Counted from the first letter of the stretch, positions 1-14,983 are shown. The stretch: DNA of 64,000 bases from Octopus vulgaris (GCA_951406725.2 OX597816.1:163804001-163868000), one strand, 5' to 3'. Notes: generated by a model not told the origin, from the sequence alone. Program-made: numbers and translations.

Positions 1-70
1 AATCAGTTTGCAGTAATTTTTCTGAAGACTCCACTTTACCATCGTAATTTATGGTTTCTCCGACTGGAAT
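1..70 (-). CDS. Candidate internal coding exon, running off the window edge (IPVGETINYDGKVESSEKLLQTD...)
   Basis: Minus strand shows a strong acceptor, tttctttctttctttcatcctctgcag|, ending at 71. Only phase 0 is open to the window edge. Product not recognised. Confidence 0.35.
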   Translation of the reverse strand, partial: MPVGETINYDGKVESSEKLLQTD

Positions 71-203
71 CTGCAGAGGATGAAAGAAAGAAAGAAATCA
101 TTTTTGAATAAAAATATAAATAGTGCCAGAAAGAAGCACATAAAAGGCGGGAAATAGATCATAATTCACATTCACTCTCTGATATGTGGGCTCCCTTTAT
201 GTG

Positions 204-254
<51 letters not shown>

Positions 255-269
255 GTGTGTCTGTATATT

Positions 270-317
<48 letters not shown>

Positions 318-393
318 TTTTTATCCCTGTATACATATACATAAATTACATATATATATATATACTTACACACGCACATATACATATATATAT

Positions 394-436
<43 letters not shown>

Positions 437-508
437 CATACATACATGCATACATACATACATACATACATACATACATACATACATACATAGAATAGAG
501 AGAATAGA

Positions 509-550
<42 letters not shown>

Positions 551-551
551 T

Positions 552-683
<132 letters not shown>

Positions 684-1164
684 AGGGAAAGTGTGAGAGA
701 GAGAGGTTGATATATATATATATATAACTTCGCAGAACTTTCTATTGGTGTATTTCGGTTCCAGTCTTCGGACGATAGTGAAGAAAAAAGCAAGAAATAT
801 CGCAAGTACCACCCTAGGGCCTAGACTTCCACCAACGACACCACACTTGCGTCTTTCCAAACAACACATTGGACGATGCCAAACAACACATTGGACGATA
901 CATTATATCAAAATAGACTGGATGGCTACGAGTGGATTTCCATTACCCATGTAAGTGATCACAGGTTATATATGTACATATGTGTGCAAGAGAGAGAGAG
1001 GGAGATGGAGAGAAAGAGAAAGCTTTTGTGTGTGTGTGAGTATGTGTATCTTTGTGTGTGTGCGTGTGTGTGTGTGTATTTGCGTACATATGTGTCATTT
1101 AATGCCCGTCTATGTTCAGGCTTTATCTTACTTTAGATATTTTTGTATTTTGTTTTTTCTTTAC

Positions 1165-1440
1165 AGTTTGGAACCGTAAAGTATCTAAATCTATATTCGA
1201 TGTTTCCAGTATTTCACAGTCTAATTTCCAAGATGTGGATACATATATCGTCTGTATATTAATTGAATCCATGAAGATTTTACAGCCAGAGATTTGTATG
1301 GTATTGTGTTTTGCGATTGCTCCTTGTTGTAATCTCCTTTGAGAGAGTGTTCTACTATGTTCAATGTGACAGTTGGAGTCCTGAGGTTTACAACTTTCAG
1401 TTTTACAATTAAATTTGTAGTTTCTTCTCGGGTTCACATG
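1165..1440 (-). mobile_element. Decayed LINE AP-endonuclease fragment (RTE-like)
   Basis: Frameshifted remnants resemble 'T-L-N-I-R-T-L' and 'DICIHILEIRL*NTGNIEY'. Homologous to 6400-6480. Confidence 0.4.
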
Positions 1441-1699
1441 TATAACAAATTTGATAGAGTTGCAGCCTTCAAATCTAATATTCGTCTTTCGAAGCCTGCA
1501 CTACGATTTGTTTGTGGAACTTCCCATCAATAGACCAAACTAAGTTTCTCTCATCCAACTTTTAGGGTTCTGTCTTGCTTCCATCTTCTGATTTTTGCCC
1601 GGGATAAAAGAAATATCAATCATTGTCGGGCTCAGCTTCATGAAAAACGTCATTTAGAATAACTGCTGACTTTTTATAAAAAAATATTTGTCAATTAAG

Positions 1700-2340
1700 A
1701 TGACAGCTCTTATGAAACTAGTCGTCATTTTCTTAAACAGTCGTCTCAGACGAAGAAAGGCAAACCATATTTGACAAATATTTTCTATAAAACACTGCAA
1801 CTGACTGCATTAAAAGCTTTTCCTTATAAGATCAACAATAATTGAGTAGAAGACCTCACTGTACTCTATACACTTCTCATGGCCTATCTTACATCTATAA
1901 AAAACAAGTTAGCTTTTTAATGTCTTACCAACATATTTCAGCTGGAATCGAATCTACTTGGTACCTTATTAAAGGACAGTGACCTTACAGTATCATAGGT
2001 TACAGTTGATTTGGTACCTTCATCCACAGCCATGCTGATAGGAATCTACTCCAAATTGTCAATAAATTCTTTGTTTATGTTCGATGGTTTGTTGAGAAGA
2101 TTGTCCATTTTCTGGTTTATGTCTGAGATGAAAGAAATATCAATCATTGGCGATTTCTGTTTCGTGGGAAAATTCTTTAAAACAACTAACTATTGACTTT
2201 TTTGTTCTCATTTCTTAGATGGAAAAGGAGGTGGATTGGTTATTCTACATATATTATGAATGGTTTGAGTTTCGACGATTTTCAAGAGATCCGGCATCTT
2301 TATTCAAGCAGTTCTTCTGGAATACTCTTGTCAATAACAT
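1700..2340 (-). mobile_element. Decayed RTE-like LINE reverse-transcriptase fragment
   Basis: Frameshifted 'IIVDLI-KAFNAVSCSVL*KIFVKYGLP' matches the FVDLxKAFDxV...KFGxP RT motif. Confidence 0.55.
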
Positions 2341-2363
2341 CCTGAAACAAATAAAAAAATAAA

Positions 2364-2628
2364 ATTATTCTATCGGTCATTGGGGCATAAACACACCAAC
2401 ATCGGTTGTCAAACGATGGTGGGGGACAAATACAGACACACAAACATACACATATATATATAAATAAATATATATAAGAAGGGTTTCTTTCAGTATCCAT
2501 CTACCAAATCCACTCACAAGGATTTGGTCGAGCCGAGGCTATAGTAGACGACACTTGCCCAAGGTGCCACGCAGTGGAACTGAACTCGGAACCATGCGGT
2601 TGGAAGGCAAGCTTCTTACCACACAGCC
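2364..2628 (-). mobile_element. SINE family S1 (tRNA head, CORE-like segment, internal microsatellite), partial
   Basis: Reverse complement of GGCTGTGTGGTAAG...GGCACCTTGGGCAAGTGTC...GGATTTGGTAGA, shared with about 20 copies in the window. Confidence 0.85.
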
Positions 2629-2842
2629 GAGAGAGGGAGAGAGAAGGTGACAGACAGAAAGATACACATAGACAGAGATGAGACACTGGGAGAGGGGAGA
2701 GTAGGGGAGAGAAAGAAAGAAGAGGGATAGGAAATAGGATTAGAGACTAGAAGTTGTTTATAGAAGCAGTTACGCGTTTGGGGGTGTTGTATTTTATCAA
2801 GTGTAGATAGATAAATACACAGACGGGGACAGACAGACAGAC

Positions 2843-2964
<122 letters not shown>

Positions 2965-3962
2965 GGATTGACACAAGTGCGAAGATGAACAATGAAGAAA
3001 AGCAAGATTATCAAAGAAAGAGAGAAGTGACAGAACTTGCAGAACATAGTCATTCACAAACATTGATAATGAGATAGATGGAAAGCGAAGGAGAGATAGA
3101 AAGAGGGAAAGAGGAGGGCATACAGAGCTTTTAGATGGGCACAGTAATTCATTGATAAAACCATTAAGAGAGAAAAAATGGTTAAAAGAAACATAACAGA
3201 TAGAATATGAACGTATGTATTTGAGAAAGAGACAGAGAGACAGAGGGAGAGACAGAGGGAGAGACAGGGGGGGATTTGGACGGAGAGAAGGGAGAGAGAG
3301 AGAGAATTGGAGAAGTCGGTGAAAAAGAAAGTCGGTGGAAGAGAACAAACAGTCAATCATAAGCCGTTAAACAAACCAACAGCAATCACACTTAGTGGAG
3401 CGGTCTGCATCAAGCGAGACAGCCTTTACCTGACATTACAACTGCATTCCTATGCACGCCGAGACAGCAAGACGGCGTAGCTATGTGGTTTTCGGTTTTC
3501 CCCCGTTAAGCTAACTTTTGTTTGTCTGTCAATCTGACTTTCATCGATTCATTACGATATATCTTTAACAACCTAACAACGAAAACAACATGTTAACACG
3601 CATCACGCAGTTTTATATATGCGTACAAAACATTTAAACGCATACACACGCATATATGTATGTATGTATATATATATATATATGTATGTATATATATACA
3701 TATATATATTCTTTTATTCTTTTACTTGTTTCAATCATCTGGCTGCGGCAATGCTGGAGTACCGCCTTTAGTCGAGCAAATACCGACATACATATATACA
3801 TACTTACATACATACATATATATAGAGATAGATAGATAGATAGATAGATATACATACGCACACACACATATATATGCACTCGGTTATATATATATATATA
3901 GATATGTATGCATATGTATGTGTGTATATATATATATATATGTGTGTGTGTGTATATGTATA

Positions 3963-4070
<108 letters not shown>

Positions 4071-4292
4071 AAATATTTTATAATTATATACATAATTATA
4101 ACAAGGGACCGGCTTTATGCCTCACCACGCACTGCAAGAAATAGACGCTAAAGTCCTTCTTACTACTTTAAAATCTCCGAGAACACTTTATTGTAGGCAA
4201 GCAAAAGAAAAATATTGAATCAATAAGGTTAGTTAAAATTAATACATATATATGTAATTATGTACGTACGTATGTATGTATGTATGTATGTA

Positions 4293-4359
<67 letters not shown>

Positions 4360-4444
4360 ATATGTATATATGTATATGGATACATATGTATGTATGTATA
4401 TATATATGTTCGTATGTATGCATATGTAGTCATTTGATTATTCA

Positions 4445-5232
4445 TCTGAGGTCATGGTGCGTGGGACAGAGAGGTAAAAGTATGTATCATCATAGGGTCA
4501 GCTGCCCTGCAGATATAAAAATCAAAGAAAAAGTGGATATCTATGGACAACTGGTTCAAAACCTCCAGCTTCTATATCCAAACTATGAATTCATATTCAT
4601 ACCAATATTGAAGCACTAGGTTTTTGTAGTAAATGCTTAAAAGAGAATCTGGATAAACTGGGATTTTCAGAAAGAGAAATTAACCGGTTCATTACAAGTG
4701 CAATCTGTGAGTGGAACAGGAAAAACATGCAAGACGTTTATCAAGTTCCAAATGTGAATTTGTCTGCGTTACCTACATCCCAGAGATAGAGCCTTGGGAA
4801 CCGGCTACCTCCTCGGTGGAAGATTTATAATAATTAAAAATTAGAAGAGACATACATACATACACACATACATACATACATACATACATACATACATACA
4901 TACATACATACATACATAAGCTAACTCAAAGACTACAGAACCAATCTGTAAAACTTTCCAGAAGTTTAACATTTAAATATATATGAACATGTAACTATAT
5001 GCATGAGAATACATACATAAAGCAACACATACAAATTTGCACATATACATACATACATACATACATACATACATACATACATACATACATACATACATAC
5101 ATACATACATACATACATACAAAAATACCCTGTTGTTGATGTTGAAATTTCAATGAAGGAGTCTTGAATGTAGGTTAGAAACCGGTTCTTTCTCTATTGG
5201 CAAGAAATCTTGAAATAAAACTGAACAATGAC
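4445..5232 (+). mobile_element. Two consecutive 3' ends of R4/Dong-clade non-LTR retrotransposons, separated by (ACAT)n
   Basis: Restriction-like endonuclease tail 'VSCPADIKIKEKVDIYGQLVQNLQLLYPNYEFIFIPI..LG...CKTFIKF*'. A second 3' end (CKTFQKF* plus UTR) lies at 4920-5232 and is homologous to 37070-37920. Confidence 0.75.
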
Positions 5233-5637
5233 ATATATACATACGTGTGTGTGTGTGCATGCGTGCATGCGTGCATGCGCGCGTGTGTGTGTGCGCGCGT
5301 GCGTGTGTGTGTGCGCGTGTGTGTCTGCGCGCGTGTGTGTGCGCGCGTGTGTGTGCGCGCGTGTGTGTGCGCGCGTGTGTGTGCGCGCGTGTGTGTGCGC
5401 GCGTGTGTGTGCGCGCGTGTGTGTGCGCGCGTGTGTGTGCGCGCGTGCGTGTGTATGATTGCGCGCACAAAGGTTAGATCCAAGGATCAATGTGTAGGAA
5501 GTTAGTAAGCTTCAAGGTATAAAAGAGAAAGAACTTTCAGGAACACCAGTGGTCTGTTGACGTAGAAGGTTGTAAACTTTTCCCGTATCGAAGTATATAC
5601 ATACATACACGCACACAGACACATATATATGTATACA

Positions 5638-6020
5638 TTCTTTTATTCTTTTATTCTTTTATTTGTTTCAGTCATTTGGCGGCGGCCATGCTGGAGCACC
5701 GCCTTTAGTCGGACAAGTCGACCCCAGAACTTATTTTTTGCAAGCCTAATAGTTACTTTATCGTTCTCTTTTGACGAACCGATAAGTTACGGGGACGTAA
5801 ACACACCAATATCGGTTGTCAAGCGATGATGGCGACAACACACACACACACACATACGACAGACTTCTTTCAATTCCTGTCTACCAAATCTACTAACAAG
5901 GCTTTGGTCGGCCCGAGGCTATAACAGAAGACATTTGCCCAAAGTGTCACGCAGTGGGACTGAACCCGGAACCATGTTTTTGGGAAGCAAGCTTGTTACC
6001 ACACAGCCACACCTGCACTT
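5638..6020 (-). mobile_element. SINE S1, near full length
   Basis: Head, CORE-like segment and GGCGGTGCTCCAGCATGGCCG tail are all present. Confidence 0.85.
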
Positions 6021-6719
6021 ATGCCACACAACTACGCCTACGCCTATGCCACACAGCCACGCCTGCGCCTATACTACACGGCCCTGCACACACACATATA
6101 TATATATGTACATGTATATATGTATATATGTATATATGTGAAGGTGAGGTGTTAGATGTGATTCCAAGTTAGAGCAAGAAAGTCTTAAGAAGAACACCAT
6201 GAAATGTAAAATAGGAGACTACATATAGTATTATGTACCTTCAAAGCTTTAAGTTATGAAAATTACAAATATATATTAAAACATGTTAATATTAATTAGT
6301 GCACGATTTTGTTTAATCTAATCTTATTCATTATAGACTTTTTCTTTTTTTTCTTATTAGTTTTCTTTGTTTTCTCTTACAGCTAGTTCATAACAAAATG
6401 TTCCTAAGTTCATATTCGACGTTTCCGGAACTTCACAGTCTCATTTCCAAGAATCGCTATATATTTGGTGCCTGTGTTGCTTTTTATATACTAGCTGAAT
6501 TCATTTAGACAGTTCTGCTGAAGGTTTTTTGCTTTCTTATTGTTAACTCTATAGCTAGATGTCGGTCTGTGAATGACTGCAGCGACCGTGTGGTATATAT
6601 AGATCATAAAAGAGACCTTTGAGATGCACAAATCTGTGCAATCCCCGTTAAGTCTATTCACGACAACCTCCACCTCATGCGACACATCTTAGAAGAATGG
6701 AACAGATCTGGCTTTTGCA

Positions 6720-7400
6720 GGACACTGGTCAATTTGAATCAGTCTATACCCCTTAACAGAGTAGTTTATTGCTATCTGGTAGCTATCCTGAGAGTTATTG
6801 GTGTCAGACACGTCTTCAGAGGTTGGGACACCTCAATATATAGGGGCAAATGCTTACTGATCAAATTAACAAGTCCACCTTTCAGAATTTTTCAGCATCG
6901 AACGCTCAGTCCGCCGTGGACGTCTCCTTCACTTGCTGTTATATGTATCAGCGTTGGGGCCTTTACTGCGAAGGCTGGCAAGTCTGATGGATATCTCGTT
7001 GGAACTCAGTCACACTAGAGCCGTGTCTGCATACGTGGATTACGTCATTGCTATGGTGTCAAATACTTCGAATACAGAAGCGATTGACACTCTGCTAAAA
7101 GAATGCCAGGTATTTCCAGGAGAAGACGTAAAATGAGGACAAATCGGTGGGTTTGCAACTAGATAATGAAAGAGGCAAGTCCATGTCACTGGATGGAGAG
7201 TCCGGTGAAAGTGCTCGGAGACTGGATCGGAAAAACCACAAGTTGGATAGGAAGTGAGAAGAGATCACGAACAGAGTGGCTAATCTTACTCAGAACCTGG
7301 CTGAGGTGAAGCTGTCTCTGAAATTCTGGGCGATATAACGAATGTATACATCGCTTCAGAGATATGCAACCATTTGAGTGTCGTCCCTTGTCCCAAAAAA
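6720..7400 (+). mobile_element. Decayed L1/Tx1-clade LINE RT fragment
   Basis: 'LVNLNQS..LNRV..CYL' (DQxKAFDRV motif) and 'VSAYVDYVIAMVS...LLKECQ' (YADD motif). Confidence 0.6.
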
Positions 7401-7702
7401 CTCTGACAAGATTACGCCGCTTCCTTTTCTAGTTTCTGCTGGACAGGAAATCCATATCTGCTGTAAGCACCCACTCCATTACATTTATATAAAACATTTT
7501 AATGACAGAGGAATGAGATATTGTATCATGGACTTCATTAGCTTACAGCCGTTTTTGCTGTATGATGAGATGCACCCATAGTTGAATGCTGGTGCAACTC
7601 CAAATAGTTTCATAGAAGCTGCGAAGACCGGCTATGAAGTGTATATCCATAATTTAGCTTATTAGCTTAAAGAAGAAAACAATTACATATATACATACAT
7701 TC

Positions 7703-8151
<449 letters not shown>

Positions 8152-8153
<2 letters not shown>

Positions 8154-8360
8154 CGAGAATGTTTACGCAAATAAACAAAAGACGAAGGCAGGTGGAATAC
8201 AAACAAACAAATGTATTAGTATGGCGCTCAGGAATAGAAATAGGACAAGTCTTTTACGTTTCGAGCCTACGCTCTTCGACAGAAAGATACACAGAAAAGA
8301 AACAAGGAGAGAAACAAGGAGAGAAAAAATGCGTGTAGGAGCTAACGGTCTATCATGGCG
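8152..8360 (-). mobile_element. Short (TA)n-abutting repeat family P1 with a variant minimal hammerhead (8250-8287)
   Basis: Copies at 16063-16252 (+) and 63452-63651 (-). Motif: TCTTT CTGTCGA A GAGC GTAG GCTC GAAA CG TA AAAGA. Confidence 0.75.
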
Positions 8361-8696
8361 TTCTAACTTCAGGCAGAGGTCAGAGGTCAGAGGTCAGAGG
8401 TCAGGCGTTAGACGCTAGAGGGATAGTAGAGGAGATAACAGGGTCAAGTGACTTCCAAAACGAAGGTGGTCCCAACACGAAGGTGCGTGTGTGTATAAGA
8501 GAGTATGTATGTGCGTGTGAAAGAGGGCTGGTGGTCTGGACGTGTGTATGTATGTATGTGTGTGTGGTGTGTTGTGATATGATATGTGTATGTATGTGTA
8601 GGTGTAAAGATGTGGGGATGGGTATGTGGGCGGTGTGCTGTGGGTGGTGTGTTGTGATGTGATGTGTAATGTCGTATGGTGTAGTGTAGTGTGGTG

Positions 8697-8738
<42 letters not shown>

Positions 8739-8872
8739 GAATGCATGTATGTATATATGTAACTGTTTTTTTATTTAAGCTAATAAGCTAAATTATGGAT
8801 ACTTTGTTTAAAAGCAGCAGAAATATATCAATAGCTGTAACTCAGAATTTTACGATCCCGTGTGAGTAGTAA

Positions 8873-9192
8873 AGGGGTGTGGCTTAGTGGTTACGGCATT
8901 CAGCTCACGATCGAAAGGTCGTGAGTTCAATTCCCGGCGATGCGTTCTGTACTTGAGCAGGACACTTTATTTTACGTTGCTCCCGTCCACTGATCTGGCA
9001 AAAATGAGTAGCACCTGTATTTCAAAGGACCGGCCTTGTCACTCTCTATGCCTCGTTGAATCTCCCTGAGAAATTCATTAAGGGTACACGTGTCTGTGGA
9101 GTGCTCAACCACTTGCACGTTAATTTCACGAGCAAGCTGTTCCGCTTGATTGTATCAGCTGGGACCTTCGTTGTTGTAACCTACGGAGTGCT

Positions 9193-9194
<2 letters not shown>
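8873..9194 (+). mobile_element. tRNA-derived CORE-SINE, tail type A
   Basis: A/B boxes (TGGCTTAGTGG; GAGTTCAATTCC), CORE-like TTGAGCAGGACACTTTA...AAAATGAGTA. The tail recurs at 25768-25882 and 29955-30170. Confidence 0.8.
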
Positions 9195-9251
<57 letters not shown>

Positions 9252-9303
9252 TGTATGTATATGTATATGTATATATATGTATTTGTGTATATACATTTAT
9301 ATG

Positions 9304-9362
<59 letters not shown>

Positions 9363-9449
9363 GTATATGTATATATGTATATATATATATATATATGTAT
9401 GAATGTATATGTATATATGTATACATATATGTAAATATATGTATACATA

Positions 9450-9505
<56 letters not shown>

Positions 9506-9544
9506 TTATATATATATATATATATATAGATATATTTTTATATA

Positions 9545-9731
<187 letters not shown>

Positions 9732-10291
9732 ACAAAACACACTCAAACATGAATGCAACAAATTACTGGAACACATTTATTTATTTACTAACTTTTTTTT
9801 TACTTATTTATTTATTTATTTATTTATTCATTCATTTATCCGACGTTTCCTGTAAACTGCCAGTTTCTGAGAAACCGAACAATGCAGTCATATAAAAAAG
9901 CAATATGGAAGTTCTCTTAATTCACAACAAACGCTCTAAGCTTTCTCTATGAGTGCTTTTTCTGCTGTCTGGTATTATTAGTTGCTCAATGGAAACAGCC
10001 ATCACTTTATAATTACGTCAGTTTCTGAAAATAGTAATCTATGAAACTGCGTTCCATTTATAAGCAACCCGAATAACGTGGTCAGATGATAAACAAGATG
10101 GCGTCTGTAGGTCAAGTTGTGCTCTGTACAAACATTATACTGCCAACTGTCTGATTTTAAAAACGACTTCTTTAGATTGCGCCCGTCTTCTTTCGTCGTC
10201 TTTCGTGTTTTGTAGCGCATAGGTGTCTGTTCGTGTGTGTGTTCGCCTCTGTGTGTATGCGTGGGTGTGCGCTTGTATGTACATATATTTA

Positions 10292-10326
<35 letters not shown>

Positions 10327-10556
10327 ATATACATTCATACATACATACATACATACATATATACATATATAATTGTATATGTATACGCACATTTCCCTAT
10401 ATACATACATATGCACAACACACACACACACACATATATATATATATGTATGTATGCATATATATTATATTATATACATATATTCATATACATTCATACA
10501 TACATACATGCATACATACATACATACATATATACATACATACATACATACATACA

Positions 10557-10592
<36 letters not shown>

Positions 10593-11168
10593 CACACACA
10601 CATATATGCATGCTTGTACGCTGAAAAAATATAAATACATGTATATGTATAAACATATATATAAACATTTACTTATATGTATGTATATATATATATGTGT
10701 GTGTGTATGTGTATTTGTGTGTGAGTGTGTGTTGAAGTGTGTTTATGAATATATAAGTTGTGTGCGTTTCGTGTTCCCTCAAGTTATATATATATATATA
10801 TAGATACATAAACACACACACTTACACACACACACACACACACATAGACACACATGTGTAACATGTATTTCGTAGCTGCGTCTGGTTTTCAAGAACACGA
10901 CATGTTTCAACGATGGCTTTACGGAGACACACCCGTGTTTATAAATTAAACGTTTATTTGATAAAGCACATACAAGGCGGCATGTATTACGGGTACATGT
11001 AACGAGTGTGTGAATGTGTGAATGTGTGAATCTGCGTGTGCGTGTGTGCGTATCTGTTAGTGAGTGTGTGTGTGTACTCTAAACCTCTATGTATAAGTTC
11101 ATAAGCAATATGTATAAGTGTGTGTGTGTGTATGTGTGTATGTGTCTGTATGTGCCTGTGTGTAACGT

Positions 11169-11250
<82 letters not shown>

Positions 11251-11319
11251 TAAATATGTATGTATCATATACAGAAGTACTATAAATACACAGATTCCTC
11301 ATATATCAATGCGTGTGTG

Positions 11320-11361
<42 letters not shown>

Positions 11362-12626
11362 AGTCTCTAAATATTCATATATGAAGTATATAAACTTATG
11401 CGTAATGTATACACTGATATTTATATACACACTCACACACACATATATATATATATATACGTTTATATATAGAGTTGTGCATGTACATATATATGTATGC
11501 AAAGTAGTGTGTATACATACATACATATAAATGTGTTTGTGTGTGTGGATATATGTATGTATATATAAATATATTATATATAATCGTATATAGTTCTTAT
11601 ATCTATGAGTATATGTCTCCTAATTACATACCATTCATTCTACTTAAATCAAGCATACAACCACAAAGATGTCTTATGTGCGACCGTGGTTTCATTTTCA
11701 CTCAATGGAAGTTATAAAGCGAAGGGTAACGGGTTCAAATTTCAAAGGTTCGTCCAATTCCTATTGTAATTAAATTGACAGCTCATTAACTGATGACGTG
11801 AAACGTTCCATAAATCTACCCTTACAAACTGTTTTTTTTGTGTTTTGTTTTGTTTTTGTCTTTTGTTGTTGTTGTTGTTGTTGTTTTGTTTTTTTGCATG
11901 TATCACACGATACCGAGAGAGCATGATGGCCTCCAAATATCACTGTCGAGTGTTATGACCGAGCAGATATTCTGACATTAAGGATTACATTGTGATAAAC
12001 GAATGAGATAAGAAACAAAAGCCGTGCGTTCACACGCATACGCACATAGGCGCGCACATGCACGCACACAAGCACGAAGCACACATGCTCATACAAACAT
12101 ATAGACGCATATGCAAACACGTACGCATACAAGTACCAGCAGATATACATACATACACATGCATACACATCCACACATATAAATAAACATACATAAATAC
12201 ACACACGTATTTATACTCACATTCACACACACATACATACATAATTACACACACACATACATACATAATTACACACACGCACATATATATATATATATTT
12301 ATGCGTGTGTGTGTGTGTATGTGTGAGTATGTATGTATGTATACATGTATGTATGTACTTATGTGAATGTGTCTTTGTGTCTGTGTTTGTCCACCGACCA
12401 TTGCTTGACAACCGATAGTGTGTGTTTACGTTCCCGTAACTTACCGGTTCGGCAAAATGGACCGATAGAATAAGTTCTAGGTTTACAAAGAACAAGTCCT
12501 AAGGTCGAGTTCTTCGACTAGAACCCTTTGAGGCGGTGCTCCAGCATGGTTGCCGTCAAAAGAGTGAAGGAAATAAACAATAAAAGAATGTATATGCGTG
12601 TATATATATATATATATATATATATA

Positions 12627-12795
12627 GTTAATCCAAACAAGAAAACACAGAAAAAAAGAGAAAAAAACACAGCAACGCAGGACGTGGAACAATTAAAGTA
12701 TTATTGACGCTCAGAAAAGAAGGGAAGGAGGGTTTAACGTTTCGAGCGGAGCTCTTCGTCGGAAACAAGGAGAAAGAAAGATCCCAAGGAGGGAA
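12627..12795 (-). mobile_element. Short (TA)n-abutting repeat family P2 with a minimal hammerhead (12732-12766)
   Basis: Near-identical to 34645-34815 in the opposite orientation. Motif: GTTT CCGACGA A GAGC TCC GCTC GAAA CG TT AAAC. Confidence 0.8.
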
Positions 12796-12836
12796 GACAT
12801 AGGAGACAATATTTGAGCTGGTGGTGCTTAAGGGAT

Positions 12837-12882
<46 letters not shown>

Positions 12883-14010
12883 CTAGATGTAACTGTGACC
12901 CATTGGGTCACAGCCACTCCAAGTTGAAAATGTCTAAGCACGGCGACAACGGAAAAAATACTATTTTGAACTTCATACAATAAAATTCTTAAATAATACA
13001 GTTCTCCTGCTTTTGGTGTGACAACATAAACATGACCAAGTGTTTCTTCTTTGAAAACGCTCAAATGACCTTCAACTTTTTTCTCGTTTTCTCCTTTGCC
13101 ATTCTTTGTTACCACTATTCCTAGTGAAATATATGCGTACTTCAGCATAATGTTTTTTGCAAAGTCATCATTACTGGAAAATGAAGAGAATTCTTTCAAT
13201 GTTGTTCACATAGGCGCAGGAGTGGCTGTTTGGTAAGTAGCTTGCTAACCAACCACATGGTTCCGGGTTCAGTCCCACTGCGTGGCATCTTGGGCACGTG
13301 TCTTCTGCTATAGCCCCGGGCCGACCAATGCCTTGTGAGTGGATTTGGTAGACGGAAACTGAAAGAAGCCTGTCGTATATATGTATATATATATATAAGT
13401 GTGTGTGAATATGTTTGTGTGTCTGTGTTTGTTCCCCTAGCATTGCTTGACAACCGATGCTGGTGTGTTTACGTCCCCGTAACTTAGCGGTTCGGCAAAA
13501 GAGACCGATAGAATAAGTACTGGGCTTACAAAAAGAATAAGTCCCGGGGTCGATTTGCTCGATTAAAGGCGGTGCTCCAGCATGGCCGCAGTCAAATGAC
13601 TGAAACAAGTAAAAAGAGTAAAAAGAGTATATGTCGTTCATATTCTCATTATTTCTGCCATATTCTCATTATTTCTGAGCAATATTCTTTGTTCAATTTG
13701 TTCGTCGCAGGTACACTTTCACGAATTGAATATCCTAAAATAGATACAAGTGCTTCGGATGGTTTCATATACCTACACATTAGATATTGACTAATTTCGT
13801 TATCCATTGTTTATTTGAACAGCAGCATGGTCATTTCCTTTCAGCGAATACTTCATGACGTACTTAATTGACCTCATGAGGCAACGTTTTCAGCGTTGCA
13901 ATGGCATTTGAATGCTCTTAAAAGAGTTTCATCATATGGTATAACCAATTTGTTCTTGATTGTCTTACCATTCTTATGAGATTCAACTTCTCCCAGTGCA
14001 ACTGATCTTC
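12883..14010 (-). mobile_element. Decayed, internally deleted Helitron (RepHel remnant with intact 3' end), interrupted by a SINE
   Basis: Rep motif 'LVIPYDETLLRAFKCHCNAE..SIKYVMKYSLKGND..NEISQYLMCRYMKPSEA' (13690-13980), then 'TLGHVYVVTPKAGELYYLRILLYEV' (12970-13050). The 3' hairpin 12893-12913 is followed by CTAG|T at 12886-12883. Confidence 0.85.
13213..13628 (+). mobile_element. SINE S1, full length (young subfamily)
   Basis: Nearly identical to 42969-43380; inserted into the Helitron remnant. Confidence 0.9.
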
Positions 14011-14785
14011 ATCTAAATAAATAATCTCTCTCTTTGTCGCTCACCCCATCTCTCTCTGTCGCTCCCCCATCTCTCTCTCTCTCTCTCTCTCTCCCTCTCT
14101 CTCTCTCTCTGCCTTTTGATTAAGACGATAAAGATTAATATTTCATTTTAAATAAAATAGTAGTTTTACCCTTAAAGAAAAACAAAAAGAATCTAGTACT
14201 CGAGATTCAAAAAATATCTCAGAAAAATATAGGAAGAATTTCTATCTCTCAGTCTATGGCACTCGAAAGTTGTATAAATGATTAAGGGAAGAAAAAAGAG
14301 AGTAAGGAAAAAGAACCGACGGCGGTAGCTGCGATGACTCTTTGAAGTGCCGCAAATCGACATTTGCAATTTGAGTTTTTCTTTTTTCCCAAAAGGGGAA
14401 ATGACTATTTTGTTTGTAATCTTTATCATCTTAATGAAAGGGCAAGAAAACAGACAAACGTTGTGTTTCACTAAAATAAGTGCTGGTGTCGATGTATTGG
14501 ACGAAAAATTCTATAAGGCGGTGCCCCAATATGGACAGAGTGTAATGACTGAAACAAGTAAAAGGTAAAGGATGTATACATATATATTACACATACATAC
14601 ATACATACATACATACATACATACATACATACATACATACATACATACATACATACATACATACATACATACATACATACATACATACATACACACATAC
14701 ATACATACATACATACATACATTCATACATACATACATACATACATACATACATACATACAAACATAGATACGTACATACATACA

Positions 14786-14818
<33 letters not shown>

Positions 14819-14855
14819 GTGTGTGTGTATGTGCGTGTGTATGTATGTATGTGTG

Positions 14856-14899
<44 letters not shown>

Positions 14900-14983
14900 T
14901 ACACGCATGCATACATACATACATACATACATATATACATACATACATACATACATTCATACATTCATACATACATACATACA

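Noticed and set aside
729-775. Minus-strand CCGAAGA...CGAAA next to (TA)n
   Set aside because: Stems II and III cannot be drawn convincingly; at best a heavily decayed relic.
857-900. 22-bp direct repeat, and the 12-bp-like repeats at 59635-59705, as CRISPR-like arrays
   Set aside because: These are adjacent tandem duplications without spacers, in eukaryotic context.
11790-11808. CTGATGA-CGT-GAAACGTTC as a hammerhead
   Set aside because: Only 3 nt lie between the core halves, and stem I does not pair.
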